From a virus: a DNA stretch of 64,000 nt. The position numbers were made by a program, and so were the translations under genes. Below the pieces are notes generated by a model. That model was not told the DNA's origin, searched no databases, and saw nothing but the letters and a program-made list of their open reading frames with translations. The stretch lies in IMG/VR virus record IMGVR_UViG_3300044608_001826, positions 1-64,000 of that record; one strand, 5' to 3'. Of this stretch, positions 9,339-18,818 are shown piece after piece (within the stretch, counting starts at the first letter, position 1; the number at the start of each line of letters is the position of its first letter).

Positions 9339-9575
9339 GTGACGTTCGATCTAGAAAAGATCTTGCTTTCCTGGGATGTGACCTGGGAGCAAGCTAAGAC
9401 GGAATTTTTGGAGGAACTCTATGAGTATTATGCTCCCGAAGACCACTGTTATACAGGGTTGTTTCAACAGTATCAAAAAGACTTGGCAGAATTTGTACGG
9501 GACTTTGGTAGGCTCGATCCCGAAGATATGCGATTTGGTAAGCCATGGTTATTCCCTGTACCTAAAATTAGTTAA
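9339..9575 (+). CDS. hypothetical protein
   Basis: FLEELYE.Y....H..YTGL pattern; fills an operon gap. Confidence 0.55.
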   Translation: MTFDLEKILLSWDVTWEQAKTEFLEELYEYYAPEDHCYTGLFQQYQKDLAEFVRDFGRLDPEDMRFGKPWLFPVPKIS

Positions 9576-9589
9576 AGACAAAAAGTAAA

Positions 9590-9814
9590 ATGTCTGATCG
9601 GGATTACCGCAAGGAGTACGACGACTACCACGCAACTCCCGAACAGAAAAAGCGGCGGGCGGCTCGAAATAAAGCTCGTCGCTTTTTAGAACAAAAAGGC
9701 CGTGTGCATAAAGGCGATGGAAACGACGTGGATCACAAAGATCACAATCCGATGAATAACAGTTCGAGTAATATAAGAGTACGTTCGGCCTCTGCTAATA
9801 GGAAGGATCAATAA
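9590..9814 (+). CDS. small HNH endonuclease
   Basis: RDY.KEY...H, DVDHKD.NP.NN..SN.RV.S...NR. Confidence 0.85.
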   Translation: MSDRDYRKEYDDYHATPEQKKRRAARNKARRFLEQKGRVHKGDGNDVDHKDHNPMNNSSSNIRVRSASANRKDQ

Positions 9815-10314
9815 TGGCGATTTTACCTAAGTCGGTACCTGGCAAGGAACCCGAGAGTCAGCTCTCGACTTTCGTCCCTCCTGGCCTCAACGGATACAAC
9901 CGCGAGCCCTTCATGGGTCTCCGCCGGATTATGCAGCTCGATGGAGCAACCCGGATTGCTTCGCAGATCGAGCACGACCGTGGCGCCTACACCCGCGCTC
10001 CGATTGCTCCTGTTGAGTACGGCGAGGGGAATATAAAGAAGAGCACCGCCTTTACTGGCCCTGCTGGCTATAACCATCAGGCTATTCCCATTGCGGATAG
10101 CCCTGACGACATGTCTCAAACTGACTATATGATCAGCATGAGGCAGGCTACGGGTCCTGAACGGCTTCGGATGCGTCAGGCTCTTGCTTTGCCGCAACAA
10201 AATTTCTTATCTACCCAACTTGTTCGCAGCGATGAGTACCCTCTGAACTCATCTAATATGATGAACAATCTATTGGCTTTGGCGTCTGCCCGGATTAACG
10301 GAGGTCAGCAATGA
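9814..10314 (+). CDS. hypothetical protein (possible virion protein)
   Basis: 166-aa ORF translationally coupled to both neighbours. Confidence 0.6.
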   Translation: MAILPKSVPGKEPESQLSTFVPPGLNGYNREPFMGLRRIMQLDGATRIASQIEHDRGAYTRAPIAPVEYGEGNIKKSTAFTGPAGYNHQAIPIADSPDDMSQTDYMISMRQATGPERLRMRQALALPQQNFLSTQLVRSDEYPLNSSNMMNNLLALASARINGGQQ

Positions 10315-10445
10315 TGTCTGATAACGGATTTCCGATTCGGATGGCGGGTCAGCGCCTTAATCTGGATCCCATGCGGATGCGTGGAATAACCCCGTCTGAA
10401 CTTACACGCCGACTAAGATACCAAGAAACTTTCCCATCTACTTGA
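10311..10445 (+). CDS. 44-aa peptide (not in ORF track)
   Basis: MMSDNGFPIRMAGQRLNLDP...; ATGA overlap with the upstream gene; resembles the next ORF. Confidence 0.55.
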   Translation: MMSDNGFPIRMAGQRLNLDPMRMRGITPSELTRRLRYQETFPST

Positions 10446-10446
10446 T

Positions 10447-10629
10447 ATGAGGATCGCTGGAGATTCGCTGGAGTTAAATCCTGGCGATATGGGGTACACC
10501 GCCGACCGCATGGCCGGGGTGGTTCATACAGTTGCCCCTGAGGTCGTGAATCACATCGCTAATACGTGTATCCTCGGTCCTGAGTACATAACCAGCGATG
10601 TCTCTTCGACTGCACGAGGCCAGTCTTGA
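10447..10629 (+). CDS. small hypothetical protein
   Basis: MRIAGDSLELNP...RMAG; tight spacing. Confidence 0.5.
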   Translation: MRIAGDSLELNPGDMGYTADRMAGVVHTVAPEVVNHIANTCILGPEYITSDVSSTARGQS

Positions 10630-11302
10630 CTGGATCACCCCGGACGCCGAGCGTCTAATCGCTCGTCACGCACGGGTCTCAACAAAGGATCCTGATCGCG
10701 GGGATTATTCCAAGCTTTTAAGTTACTGCATTCGGCATGGACACTGGTCTGTGTTTGAGCAGGCTTGCGCCTCTTTTGAGATTCTCACCACTCGCTCTAT
10801 CTCGCCTCAGATACTGCGACACAGGTCTTTTTGTTTTCAGGAGACAAGTCAGCGATACTGCGATCCCTTAAACGTTCTGGGGGATCTCGGAGACGAATGC
10901 ACTGAGTTCGAGCTTAGAGGACAGGATGAAAAGAATCGCCAGAACAGTCTTGAATATGAGGACGGTTTATTCGAGTTAGTTGAGGATCAGTTCCGTCGAC
11001 GGATTACTGACATCTTTTGGGAAGCCAGGGGTCTCTACGAGGACATGCTCGAAGCAGGCGTGGCGAAGGAGTGTGCGCGAAACATTCTTCCTATGTGCAC
11101 GCCAACCAGACTTCACATGATGGGGAATATCCGCAGTTGGATTTTTTATGTAGGTCTGCGGGGTGCTTGCGGGACACAGAAAGAGCATAAGGACATTGCT
11201 CTTTCGATTAAGCACAGTCTCTGCGAGCTCGTTCCTACTGTCACCGCTGCCGTTCAGGAAGCTGCTCTCGAAGGCGTATCCGGTTTAGACGGCTGGAAAT
11301 GA
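10598..11302 (+). CDS. thyX: flavin-dependent thymidylate synthase
   Basis: ARVS, HWSVFEQ, QILRHRSFCFQETSQRY, AKECAR.ILP, TQKEH. Confidence 0.95.
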   Translation: MSLRLHEASLDWITPDAERLIARHARVSTKDPDRGDYSKLLSYCIRHGHWSVFEQACASFEILTTRSISPQILRHRSFCFQETSQRYCDPLNVLGDLGDECTEFELRGQDEKNRQNSLEYEDGLFELVEDQFRRRITDIFWEARGLYEDMLEAGVAKECARNILPMCTPTRLHMMGNIRSWIFYVGLRGACGTQKEHKDIALSIKHSLCELVPTVTAAVQEAALEGVSGLDGWK

Positions 11303-11315
11303 ACCCATAAAGCGA

Positions 11316-11339
11316 AACCGGGGTTAATTAGCCCCGGTT
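11316..11339. terminator. hairpin between convergent genes
   Basis: aaccgggg-ttaattag-ccccggtt between thyX (+) and 11396..12004 (-). Confidence 0.6.
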
Positions 11340-11395
11340 CTTACGCTTATGCGCACTTATTTATTCTAATAAAAACCTTCCTGGTAGTCAACAAC

Positions 11396-12004
11396 TCAGG
11401 CCCTAATCCTACTTGGGGTCCATGGATCGATTACATCGTTATCAGGTTCCTTTGCAGGAACTTCCCGTGACGCAGAGGGAGCTACGCTGTTCGCTGCTAC
11501 AGCAGCTCGATACATATTCAGTTGCTGCTGTAAGGCAGCGCTCTGTTGTTGGAGCGCCATGTTTTGTTGCTGGAGTTCAGCAGTGCTATCGCGCACCCAC
11601 GCCGTGGCGTTATCCGTCAACTGCTGGAGGACGTTTGAGGGATGAGGGAAGCTAAAGACACTCCCCTCTTCCACCTCTATATAGTTACCACCTTGCGCCT
11701 CAGACAGTTTATTCAGGAATTCGCGGATGCGATCAAGATCGACTGCAGTCAGCAGGCTCAGTTGTTGAGGGCTTACTAATCCCTGGTTTGCTTGGTAGAG
11801 GCTGCTAAAGACGGATGCCACCCGCGTGGACTCCTCCCGCGCGGCAGCCCGCTTGCGTGAGGCTTCCTTCACCAGGGAGGCCCCCGCTAGCAAACCGCCC
11901 GTCCCTGCGGCTGCTGATGGAAAAGCTTGCGGTGCCCCAACGGCGGTAAGGAGGCAGCTCACAGCGCCGAAAGCTGCCAAGCCACCGTAAATTTTGTCAA
12001 TCAT
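11396..12004 (-). CDS. membrane-anchored coiled-coil protein
   Basis: Two N-terminal hydrophobic segments, Q-rich heptads. Confidence 0.6.
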   Translation of the reverse strand: MIDKIYGGLAAFGAVSCLLTAVGAPQAFPSAAAGTGGLLAGASLVKEASRKRAAAREESTRVASVFSSLYQANQGLVSPQQLSLLTAVDLDRIREFLNKLSEAQGGNYIEVEEGSVFSFPHPSNVLQQLTDNATAWVRDSTAELQQQNMALQQQSAALQQQLNMYRAAVAANSVAPSASREVPAKEPDNDVIDPWTPSRIRA

Positions 12005-14768
12005 TTGAAGTCGAAACGGATTTCGGTTGATCGTGCAGACTGAATGCCTGATCCCAAATGGTTGGGTTTGCTGCGTATTCTATCGGTGAGGGCAAGCGCG
12101 TGTCACCACTGATCGAGCGATCCGTGGAAGGCTCGAACGGGCGCAGACGCAAGCCCATAACAACAGCTTTACCATTTACATACTTGGGCTCTACACCTGG
12201 AATTTTCAAAACGTTGTTGATCGTTTCTTTTAGACGGTCAACGAAGCGAGGCTTAGCACTTGCTTTATAACCATTAGATTTTGCAAAGTTAGCGTACGAT
12301 GCGTATATTTCACTGTATGCGTTCTTAACGTACATACCGCGTTCTTGTTCGTCGATACTCGGCCTAAAAGCTCCTCCCCCAAGATTTGTCTGGCTGTTCG
12401 GTGCATAAACGGTGCATTCTGCCAACCAAGCACAGATAGGGTTGTTGAACACCAGCGCTTCTAGGTTCGTGGTGTTGAGGTCAGGGCAGAACTTAACCGG
12501 GTTTGCCAGAACCTCCCGCATTTCTTCGAACGGAAGCTGGAGTGCCCACATGGCGATTCCCGACAGTTCTGGAGCTAGTTCCCCTTCGATTCGATCTGTG
12601 TAGACGCTGAGCAGATTACGACGCTGTGAAGGAGGAACAACATTGTTCATAACCAGAGTCAGTCGCCTGCGCTCTAGACCGCTACTGATGTCTGAAGAAC
12701 TGATGTGTTCGTTACTAGCAATCGAGACAAGAAGTTCAGGTTTAAAGTTTATGATCTGAGTTCCATACTTACGTTCTGCTCTCAGAGTGTCTGAAGCGGA
12801 CGTTAGTTTTTTAAGAGTATCCAGTCGCTTGCTGAAGGAAGCTTCATCAGTAAGTAGCAGCAGGCGCTTACCAATCAGGCTGTGAGCTTCAAATCTATTT
12901 GTCTCGATCGTCTCTAGGTCACTGGTGTGCGTCCCGGTGAAGCCAGCCATAGCAATTAAAACCTGCTGCAGCGTGGACTTACCTGAGCCACCAGCACCGA
13001 TCAGGTGGAGGAACTTCTCCCCAGTTGTGTATCCAGTTAGTACTGCGCGACAGAACGCCCTGACAATAACAACTTTATCTACACCAACTGCCCACTCCAG
13101 CCACTTAAGAAACTCAGGACATTTAGCTTTTTCGTCGTAGTCGTAAGCCAGTTTCGTTTGGAAATACAGGTCTTTCCTGTTTCCTTCCTCAAACTCCTGA
13201 GTCTTCGTGTTGTAGATGCCGTTTTTGAAGGCGATCAGGCCACGCCCAGCTTGCCAAATCGAGTTGCGCCCACCGTTGATCGACCGAAGGAGCTTCGCTT
13301 TCAGGATTTGAAATACCGAGCTCACTGTTGCGGAGTTGTAACGCTGAAGAACTCCAGCAGTTACAAACGTATCTAGGGTCTTTACGATCCTGCGTTTGAT
13401 GTGTTGTTCATCGTTTATGTACCACACACCTTCATCGTCATCGTAGATAAAGAATTCATCTAGATTAGAGTCGAAAAGAAACTTGTCCCCGTAATTATTT
13501 ACAATTACGTCAGCTATATCGTTTTCTGAGAACTGCCTGTTGTTACTCTGTATTTGAACTAACTGGGCCGGGGTCGAAGGAGCCTGTGTGGAAGCCATGG
13601 TTTGAGGTTTTTTTGGTGTTGAATTAATCTCAAGCTCTATTGGAGGAGCAACAGCGCTCAGGTCCAAAATGGAGTTTGTCGGTTTCGGTTTGCTTTGTTT
13701 AATTTGTTCTTTGATGGTTTCCGGGCACTCACTAATAAAAAGGTCTTTGTCCTGAGCTTTTACCTTTTTCCAGAGAGCGGCGTCTCCGTCGTCTGATGCC
13801 AGGGCTATTGCAGGTTGAAGTCCTGCTGGATCCGAGATGCTGTTTAGGATTCGGTCGAATTTGCCATCGAGCTGGGGGTTGTACTCGTAGATATTCTCGA
13901 ACACTTGGTTCGCTGTGTCAAGTGGGTGATTGCGTACTTTTAAATTGTTTTTGTTCAGCCAGTTGCACCAGCCAATGATTTCCTTCAGGGCAGCTGCCAT
14001 CGCGAAGGAACGGTCGTCTACCTCCTGACCATCCAAGATGTTCCGGACGGAAGCGTTGAGCAGCGGCTCTAGGTTTAACCCACCTGCCTCCGTGGGAACA
14101 GAAAGACTTTCCTTAGGGTCCTTGCCGCCAAGAGACTCCGCTTGCTGCTCTGCGTACTTGAGATAATTTAAATACGCCTCATCGATTTTTTCACTTGGTA
14201 TAAATTTATTGGATTTATAAATTAATTCTGTGCCCTCCTTTGCGCCGTAGAAAAGATTAGGTACTTGCGTAGCTCTTTTATCTGAACCAGGAATTTGTTT
14301 CGCTATTTCTCTCGTTAACCATTGGTAAAAGTTAGTGTCGATAATTGGTTTTTCTAAGCCGAATACAAGTCTGAAGCGAGGCCACCCCTCCGCGTGACTA
14401 GGAGAGTAGTATGCAAAACTTAGATATTTTTTACAGATCTCTAGTTCTTTAGCTTGTTCCTCGTTTAGTTCCTGTTTTTGTATTTTATTTCCTTCACTAT
14501 CTTTACCGTCAGCTTGATTATCAATGTCGATAATTATCAAGCCTGCTTTTATACAACCAGTGCCATTTCGTGTGCGTTTATTATTGACTAGATGCCACGC
14601 GCAAAGACCTTCGCTTCCCTGCACGTACTCTATAATCTTATCTACAGTATCTTCCTGTTGCTCCCAGTTCTCGTTAAATGCTGTAAAGTTCCCACCCGTG
14701 GGGATCTTGCCGGTTGCGGGGTTGAGAGCGGAGCGGACGACTTGGTTTCGGCTGAAAAAAAAGCGCAT
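11997..14768 (-). CDS. primase-helicase (N-terminal primase-polymerase, C-terminal D5/P4-type SF3 helicase)
   Basis: IIDIDN and YSPSH...PRFRLVF in the N-terminus; IAFKNG, CPEFLKWL, Walker A GAGGSGKS, LLTDE, ASN, RRL. Confidence 0.9.
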   Translation of the reverse strand: MRFFFSRNQVVRSALNPATGKIPTGGNFTAFNENWEQQEDTVDKIIEYVQGSEGLCAWHLVNNKRTRNGTGCIKAGLIIIDIDNQADGKDSEGNKIQKQELNEEQAKELEICKKYLSFAYYSPSHAEGWPRFRLVFGLEKPIIDTNFYQWLTREIAKQIPGSDKRATQVPNLFYGAKEGTELIYKSNKFIPSEKIDEAYLNYLKYAEQQAESLGGKDPKESLSVPTEAGGLNLEPLLNASVRNILDGQEVDDRSFAMAAALKEIIGWCNWLNKNNLKVRNHPLDTANQVFENIYEYNPQLDGKFDRILNSISDPAGLQPAIALASDDGDAALWKKVKAQDKDLFISECPETIKEQIKQSKPKPTNSILDLSAVAPPIELEINSTPKKPQTMASTQAPSTPAQLVQIQSNNRQFSENDIADVIVNNYGDKFLFDSNLDEFFIYDDDEGVWYINDEQHIKRRIVKTLDTFVTAGVLQRYNSATVSSVFQILKAKLLRSINGGRNSIWQAGRGLIAFKNGIYNTKTQEFEEGNRKDLYFQTKLAYDYDEKAKCPEFLKWLEWAVGVDKVVIVRAFCRAVLTGYTTGEKFLHLIGAGGSGKSTLQQVLIAMAGFTGTHTSDLETIETNRFEAHSLIGKRLLLLTDEASFSKRLDTLKKLTSASDTLRAERKYGTQIINFKPELLVSIASNEHISSSDISSGLERRRLTLVMNNVVPPSQRRNLLSVYTDRIEGELAPELSGIAMWALQLPFEEMREVLANPVKFCPDLNTTNLEALVFNNPICAWLAECTVYAPNSQTNLGGGAFRPSIDEQERGMYVKNAYSEIYASYANFAKSNGYKASAKPRFVDRLKETINNVLKIPGVEPKYVNGKAVVMGLRLRPFEPSTDRSISGDTRLPSPIEYAANPTIWDQAFSLHDQPKSVSTSND

Positions 14769-14880
14769 GACTCAATCCCGTCCTGGTATTTTGGCACGCT
14801 CGTCCGGACGCGGCCAGCCAGGATCATTAACTGTTATTAAAGAAATTTAGCTTAACAACGTATAAATAGAGGATACTCGA

Positions 14881-15663
14881 TTAATCTTCTTTGTTGAACT
14901 TTTCGTAGAAATCTTTCACTACTTCCAACCATTGTTCTGTATGTTTATCTAGCTGAGCTCTACTGAAAGAAAATACTTGAACGCTAAATTCAGGAAGCGG
15001 AGTGCTTACTATGATCCGCGTTTTATCAACTTTTATCCCTAAGCACGTTTCGGCTGCCAGTGTGTAAGCAGCTAGCTGCAGCGTGGTTTTCTTTGCCTTG
15101 AAGACCCCGCCGATCAACGCCTTCTTTATTTCAGGTGGAATCGAACTCTTCGCTTTCGGATAGTTAAGGGAGTAAGGAGACGTGCTTGTTTTGAAGTCTG
15201 CGAGGACTATTTCTCCGTTCGAGTCTTTATAGATTAAATCAGGGCACCCCGCATAACCGTGCTCTGTGTGCTCGTCGTAGTAATGTAGTCTACCTACACC
15301 ATCCTCTCCTACATATTTGTTCCACTGAGGGGCGTTGTAAGGGGCCTCACTCCAAAGAACTCTTGCTCCGTCCAAGAGTTCGTCGAGCTTTGCAGGCATA
15401 CCATCCCAGTAAGGACGGTACTCGTTTGGAGGACTTACTTCTAAACCCCTAATGTAATTCTCTGTAGCACTGTGTATCCAGGTCCCGCGTTCCGCTGCTT
15501 TTTCAAGCGCACCCGGATTCGATAAGTTCCAATGCGCCAGTTTCCGCCGCGTTTCCTCGTTCTGCGTGGCAGAAAGGATGCTCGTTACAGAAGGAAGAGG
15601 CTTCGGAACACCAGCGCAATTGTAGTGCCTTAATCCCTTGAGTACTAATCTTGTTTGGGACAC
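14881..15663 (-). CDS. PD-(D/E)XK exonuclease
   Basis: LPSVTSIL, AAERGT.IH, YAG.PD, DFKTS, QLAAY. Confidence 0.88.
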   Translation of the reverse strand: MSQTRLVLKGLRHYNCAGVPKPLPSVTSILSATQNEETRRKLAHWNLSNPGALEKAAERGTWIHSATENYIRGLEVSPPNEYRPYWDGMPAKLDELLDGARVLWSEAPYNAPQWNKYVGEDGVGRLHYYDEHTEHGYAGCPDLIYKDSNGEIVLADFKTSTSPYSLNYPKAKSSIPPEIKKALIGGVFKAKKTTLQLAAYTLAAETCLGIKVDKTRIIVSTPLPEFSVQVFSFSRAQLDKHTEQWLEVVKDFYEKFNKED

Positions 15664-15702
15664 AATTTTGTGTCGAATTAAACCAAGAGTACTCTATTTA
15701 AG

Positions 15703-16068
15703 TCAAAAAGTCATAGACGGGTGATTCGAGTTAAACGGGTTTTGGTTGTCATCGTCCTCATCATCTTCCTCTTCATACTCTTCGTCTTCCTCTTCCTCTT
15801 CAATAAAGAATTCGGATTTTTGGTAATCGAATTCCCTTCCTCGGTCGCTGAGCTCTTCGCTCAAGCACATACCAGCGCAGAAGCTTTCCGTGACGATCTC
15901 TGCGCACTCTTGAGCTGTACGCGGAGTTCCTTCAGGTGATATACATTCTAATAGAAGCTGGTTGGAGACCAGTAACGCACAGATCTTCTCTAGTTTTTTG
16001 TTGTTGGTCTCCAGAGCCTCAAGAACTTGTTTTTGGAATTTCTCGAAATTTTGTGATCTGAGTCCCAT
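15703..16068 (-). CDS. hypothetical protein with acidic tail
   Basis: EEEEEDEEYEEEDDEDDD C-terminus; coupled to the upstream gene. Confidence 0.6.
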   Translation of the reverse strand: MGLRSQNFEKFQKQVLEALETNNKKLEKICALLVSNQLLLECISPEGTPRTAQECAEIVTESFCAGMCLSEELSDRGREFDYQKSEFFIEEEEEDEEYEEEDDEDDDNQNPFNSNHPSMTF

Positions 16069-16607
16069 TAGTCTAGATCTGGTAAGGGATCAACGCGGTC
16101 CCAATCTAGTCCGAATGTAACCTGTGTGCCATCTCGCCAGTTTTCCGGACGTTGGAAAAGGAACCAACAGCTCGTTACGGAATCCCGCGTGGAGCCCACT
16201 GCTCTGTAGTTAGGACGCGGACTCAATACGATCATATTCGACAGTTTGTTCTTAAGTAAGAAGGTCTTCCTTTTAGCTACTGGTTCGATGAACGACAGTC
16301 GATCCAGCACGGCAATCCCTTGTGTTGCTATCTGCATACCATACTCCAGAATGTATTCATTTCTTTCAGAGTTTCCCATTGTACACGCAATAACCCAGTC
16401 GTATTCCTTTTTCTTTTCTCCGACCCACCAGATGGGATCGACGATATTCTCTTCGTTTTCGTTCCGCACAACTGTAAAGTTGTGTTTCCTCAGTTGATCC
16501 GTAAGGATACCAAGAGGATCATGCGGAACCAAAATTTTTCCCGTGATGTACGAGTGTTTGATCAGCGCGTGGGTAACACCCTTTGGAACCGTGTAAAAAT
16601 CTGACAT
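16068..16607 (-). CDS. DNA N6-adenine methyltransferase homologue lacking catalytic motifs
   Basis: DFYT.P, GIAVL.RLSF.EP...R, P RP.Y..G..DSVT..WF.. match the short phage/cyanobacterial MTase family; NPPY/F is replaced by CTMG. Confidence 0.65.
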   Translation of the reverse strand: MSDFYTVPKGVTHALIKHSYITGKILVPHDPLGILTDQLRKHNFTVVRNENEENIVDPIWWVGEKKKEYDWVIACTMGNSERNEYILEYGMQIATQGIAVLDRLSFIEPVAKRKTFLLKNKLSNMIVLSPRPNYRAVGSTRDSVTSCWFLFQRPENWRDGTQVTFGLDWDRVDPLPDLD

Positions 16608-16712
16608 TGATGTTGATTGGGTAGGACAGGTCAGGGTTTGCTGAGTTTAGCGATTTTATTTAGGTTTGACGTGCGTTTGTTGTCTACAGTAACTTTTAGG
16701 TACCTTAGGACC

Positions 16713-16958
16713 ATGTTAAATTCTGCATGGACTACCACGGAGCAGCAGTTCCTCCACCAGAGGATCATGCTGGACGCCAAGAAACTGAGTAAAGAGGAAC
16801 TTTTAAAGTATTTTGAAATAATGCACAATCAGTACCAAATACGTAGTAATTTGTTTTCTCGTTTACTTGTTTGGTGTGCTTCTAATAATATTATTTTACC
16901 GCCTCTGGATGAGTTATTAGAACCCAAAGAGACACATCATCCGATTGATGATAGGTAA
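16713..16958 (+). CDS. nblA: NblA-like phycobilisome degradation protein
   Basis: T.EQQF......A.KLSKEEL......H.QY..R.N.F..L fits the NblA pattern (S.EQ.F...MS.EQ...L..Q...R.N..K.L). Confidence 0.65.
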   Translation: MLNSAWTTTEQQFLHQRIMLDAKKLSKEELLKYFEIMHNQYQIRSNLFSRLLVWCASNNIILPPLDELLEPKETHHPIDDR

Positions 16959-17286
16959 ACCCGAATCTCTCAGCGAACTTAGCGAGACAAGTTCTGTCCA
17001 ACTGTTCTGGACAGATCACCACACCGTCCCCGTGAGGAATCACTTCGATTGCTGCTTGCACAAGACGCTTTAAGGCGTACATGTGAGCGAATGTCGAAGG
17101 GTTTAAGGAGGACATAAATTTTTTTACACGTCGTCGTTTATATCTTCCTCTGTTCCAATCGTTAGCCGCTCGTCTTGACTTGCAAATGGCTGCGCCAAGA
17201 TTCCAGGTGTATTCACCCCAGTAAGTTAAATAGACAGAAATCCAGTACGGATCCTTTTTGATTCGAAGTGTTCGATGTTTGATCAT
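16891..17286 (-). CDS. hypothetical protein
   Basis: ORF on the operon strand; basic N-terminal half. Confidence 0.55.
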   Translation of the reverse strand: MIKHRTLRIKKDPYWISVYLTYWGEYTWNLGAAICKSRRAANDWNRGRYKRRRVKKFMSSLNPSTFAHMYALKRLVQAAIEVIPHGDGVVICPEQLDRTCLAKFAERFGFTYHQSDDVSLWVLITHPEAVK

Positions 17287-17296
17287 GAGTTTGCAC

Positions 17297-17321
17297 AAAA
17301 AAAGAGCGTCGAATGACGCCC
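17297..17321 (-). terminator. rho-independent terminator
   Basis: Minus strand gggcgtc-attc-gacgctc followed by T7, downstream of 17341..18156. Confidence 0.75.
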
Positions 17322-17340
17322 CTCTGTCAGTGGCTTCGCT

Positions 17341-18156
17341 TCAGAAGTCTAACCCGAGACTCTTGGCTTGCTCCTCCGTCAGCTCCAGCGCCTTTTTTGG
17401 CTGCGGAGGTTCTGGCTTCTCCTCTGTGTTATCCAGATCAGAAGCGGACTTAAGAGCCTTAGCGACAGGAGCAGAACCCAGTGCCCGGTCATGTGAGGAT
17501 GGACGCGTGGCGGCGAATTGCGCCTTGATCTCCTGATGGTCTGCGCCAAGTGGAAGCTCAACCAGATCCGATCCAGGAATGTGAGACTTGAGCGCCGACG
17601 TGATGAGGTTCGTCCCTTTGTTTGAAAGCCAAACATTAATGTCTTCGATTAGTTTTTGTTCTTCTTCAGTCTCGGCGGGCCGATCAGAAAATTCCAGTGC
17701 GTTGAAATTAATCTTTGCTCCGTCAGCTCCCGTCATGGGATCTCGCTCATTGAAGCTGCGAGTGACGAACTTTGTTGATGTAATAATTGACGCGCAGTTT
17801 ATACGGTTGTTATAGAGAGTTTGGAAATAGCTAATGAAATTTTTCTGAGAGGACTTACCTCCAATCATCGAAGTACTTACGCAACGCGGAGGTAATAAAC
17901 GATGCTTGGGACTAACACCGATGTAAGCGATGCGAAGAAACTCTTCGCAGTTACGAAGTCCTAGATTTCCGAAGTAAGGAACAAAGCCGAGAAGAACAAA
18001 TTCGATAGGGATACCGTTATCGTTCTTATCAACGATTGCGTTCTCAGGGTCTACGTCTGATTTCCAGCGGCGAGCTTGAAGATCAATTCGTAGTGTATGC
18101 GGAGGAACGTTACAGAGAATCTCGTCTTCAGAAAATTGACCAGCGATAAAAACCAT
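17341..18156 (-). CDS. putative ssDNA-binding/annealing protein
   Basis: Replication cluster next to an SSB-like gene; beta-rich core and disordered tail ending GLDF. Confidence 0.45.
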   Translation of the reverse strand: MVFIAGQFSEDEILCNVPPHTLRIDLQARRWKSDVDPENAIVDKNDNGIPIEFVLLGFVPYFGNLGLRNCEEFLRIAYIGVSPKHRLLPPRCVSTSMIGGKSSQKNFISYFQTLYNNRINCASIITSTKFVTRSFNERDPMTGADGAKINFNALEFSDRPAETEEEQKLIEDINVWLSNKGTNLITSALKSHIPGSDLVELPLGADHQEIKAQFAATRPSSHDRALGSAPVAKALKSASDLDNTEEKPEPPQPKKALELTEEQAKSLGLDF

Positions 18157-18170
18157 GGGAAAGTACCAAA

Positions 18171-18818
18171 TCAGAGAGAGAAATCAATCGAACCGAGAGC
18201 AGCAGCGGCCACTTTTCCTTTTTCTGGATCAGCAGCCTTCTTAGGAGCGGTTTTAGTTGTTTTAGGCAGATAGAGAACTTTTTCTAAGTTGTAGTTCAGA
18301 TAGCACTTTTCGTCCTTCTCGCTTGTGGAGACGCGCCCCACGGCGATTGTCGGAGTACCCGGCGCTAGTTCGGAGAGCTGTTTAGAAAGCTCACCCCAAC
18401 CCGTCAATTTAAACCATGCTGTTTCGGCATTATCTGTCTGCCATGCAAGAGAACGGTTTGTGACAGTAGTGTCACTCAACTCGATTTCATCTGCCTTAGG
18501 ACCTAAGCCACCCGTGGCAACAAACAGATTGATCGCTAAAAGATCGTCGAAGTTAGTTTCTTGCGAAACAACCAGCATGGGCTGCATTTGCAGCCATCCA
18601 TCGGGAGTCGGACGCGTCGGTCCTACAGCTAAAACAGTGTCGTCTTTTTTTAAATCGTTAAGAAGTTTTCCGACGTAATGATCTTTGTTTTGAAGGAGCT
18701 GTACTTTGGTTGGTACTCGTTTGTCGTTAGATGGAAGTGATTCTGTTAGAACGTTTAAAGTTCCTTCATCTTCCTGAGCCGTTTCCGTTACTCGCAGACC
18801 GAGGATGAAAACATTCAT
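18171..18818 (-). CDS. SSB-like protein with tandem OB folds
   Basis: N......G.LG...E, ETAWF.L..WG...E.L..G..I.V.GR SSB pattern in the second half, similar first half; tail ends IDFSL. Confidence 0.65.
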   Translation of the reverse strand: MNVFILGLRVTETAQEDEGTLNVLTESLPSNDKRVPTKVQLLQNKDHYVGKLLNDLKKDDTVLAVGPTRPTPDGWLQMQPMLVVSQETNFDDLLAINLFVATGGLGPKADEIELSDTTVTNRSLAWQTDNAETAWFKLTGWGELSKQLSELAPGTPTIAVGRVSTSEKDEKCYLNYNLEKVLYLPKTTKTAPKKAADPEKGKVAAAALGSIDFSL

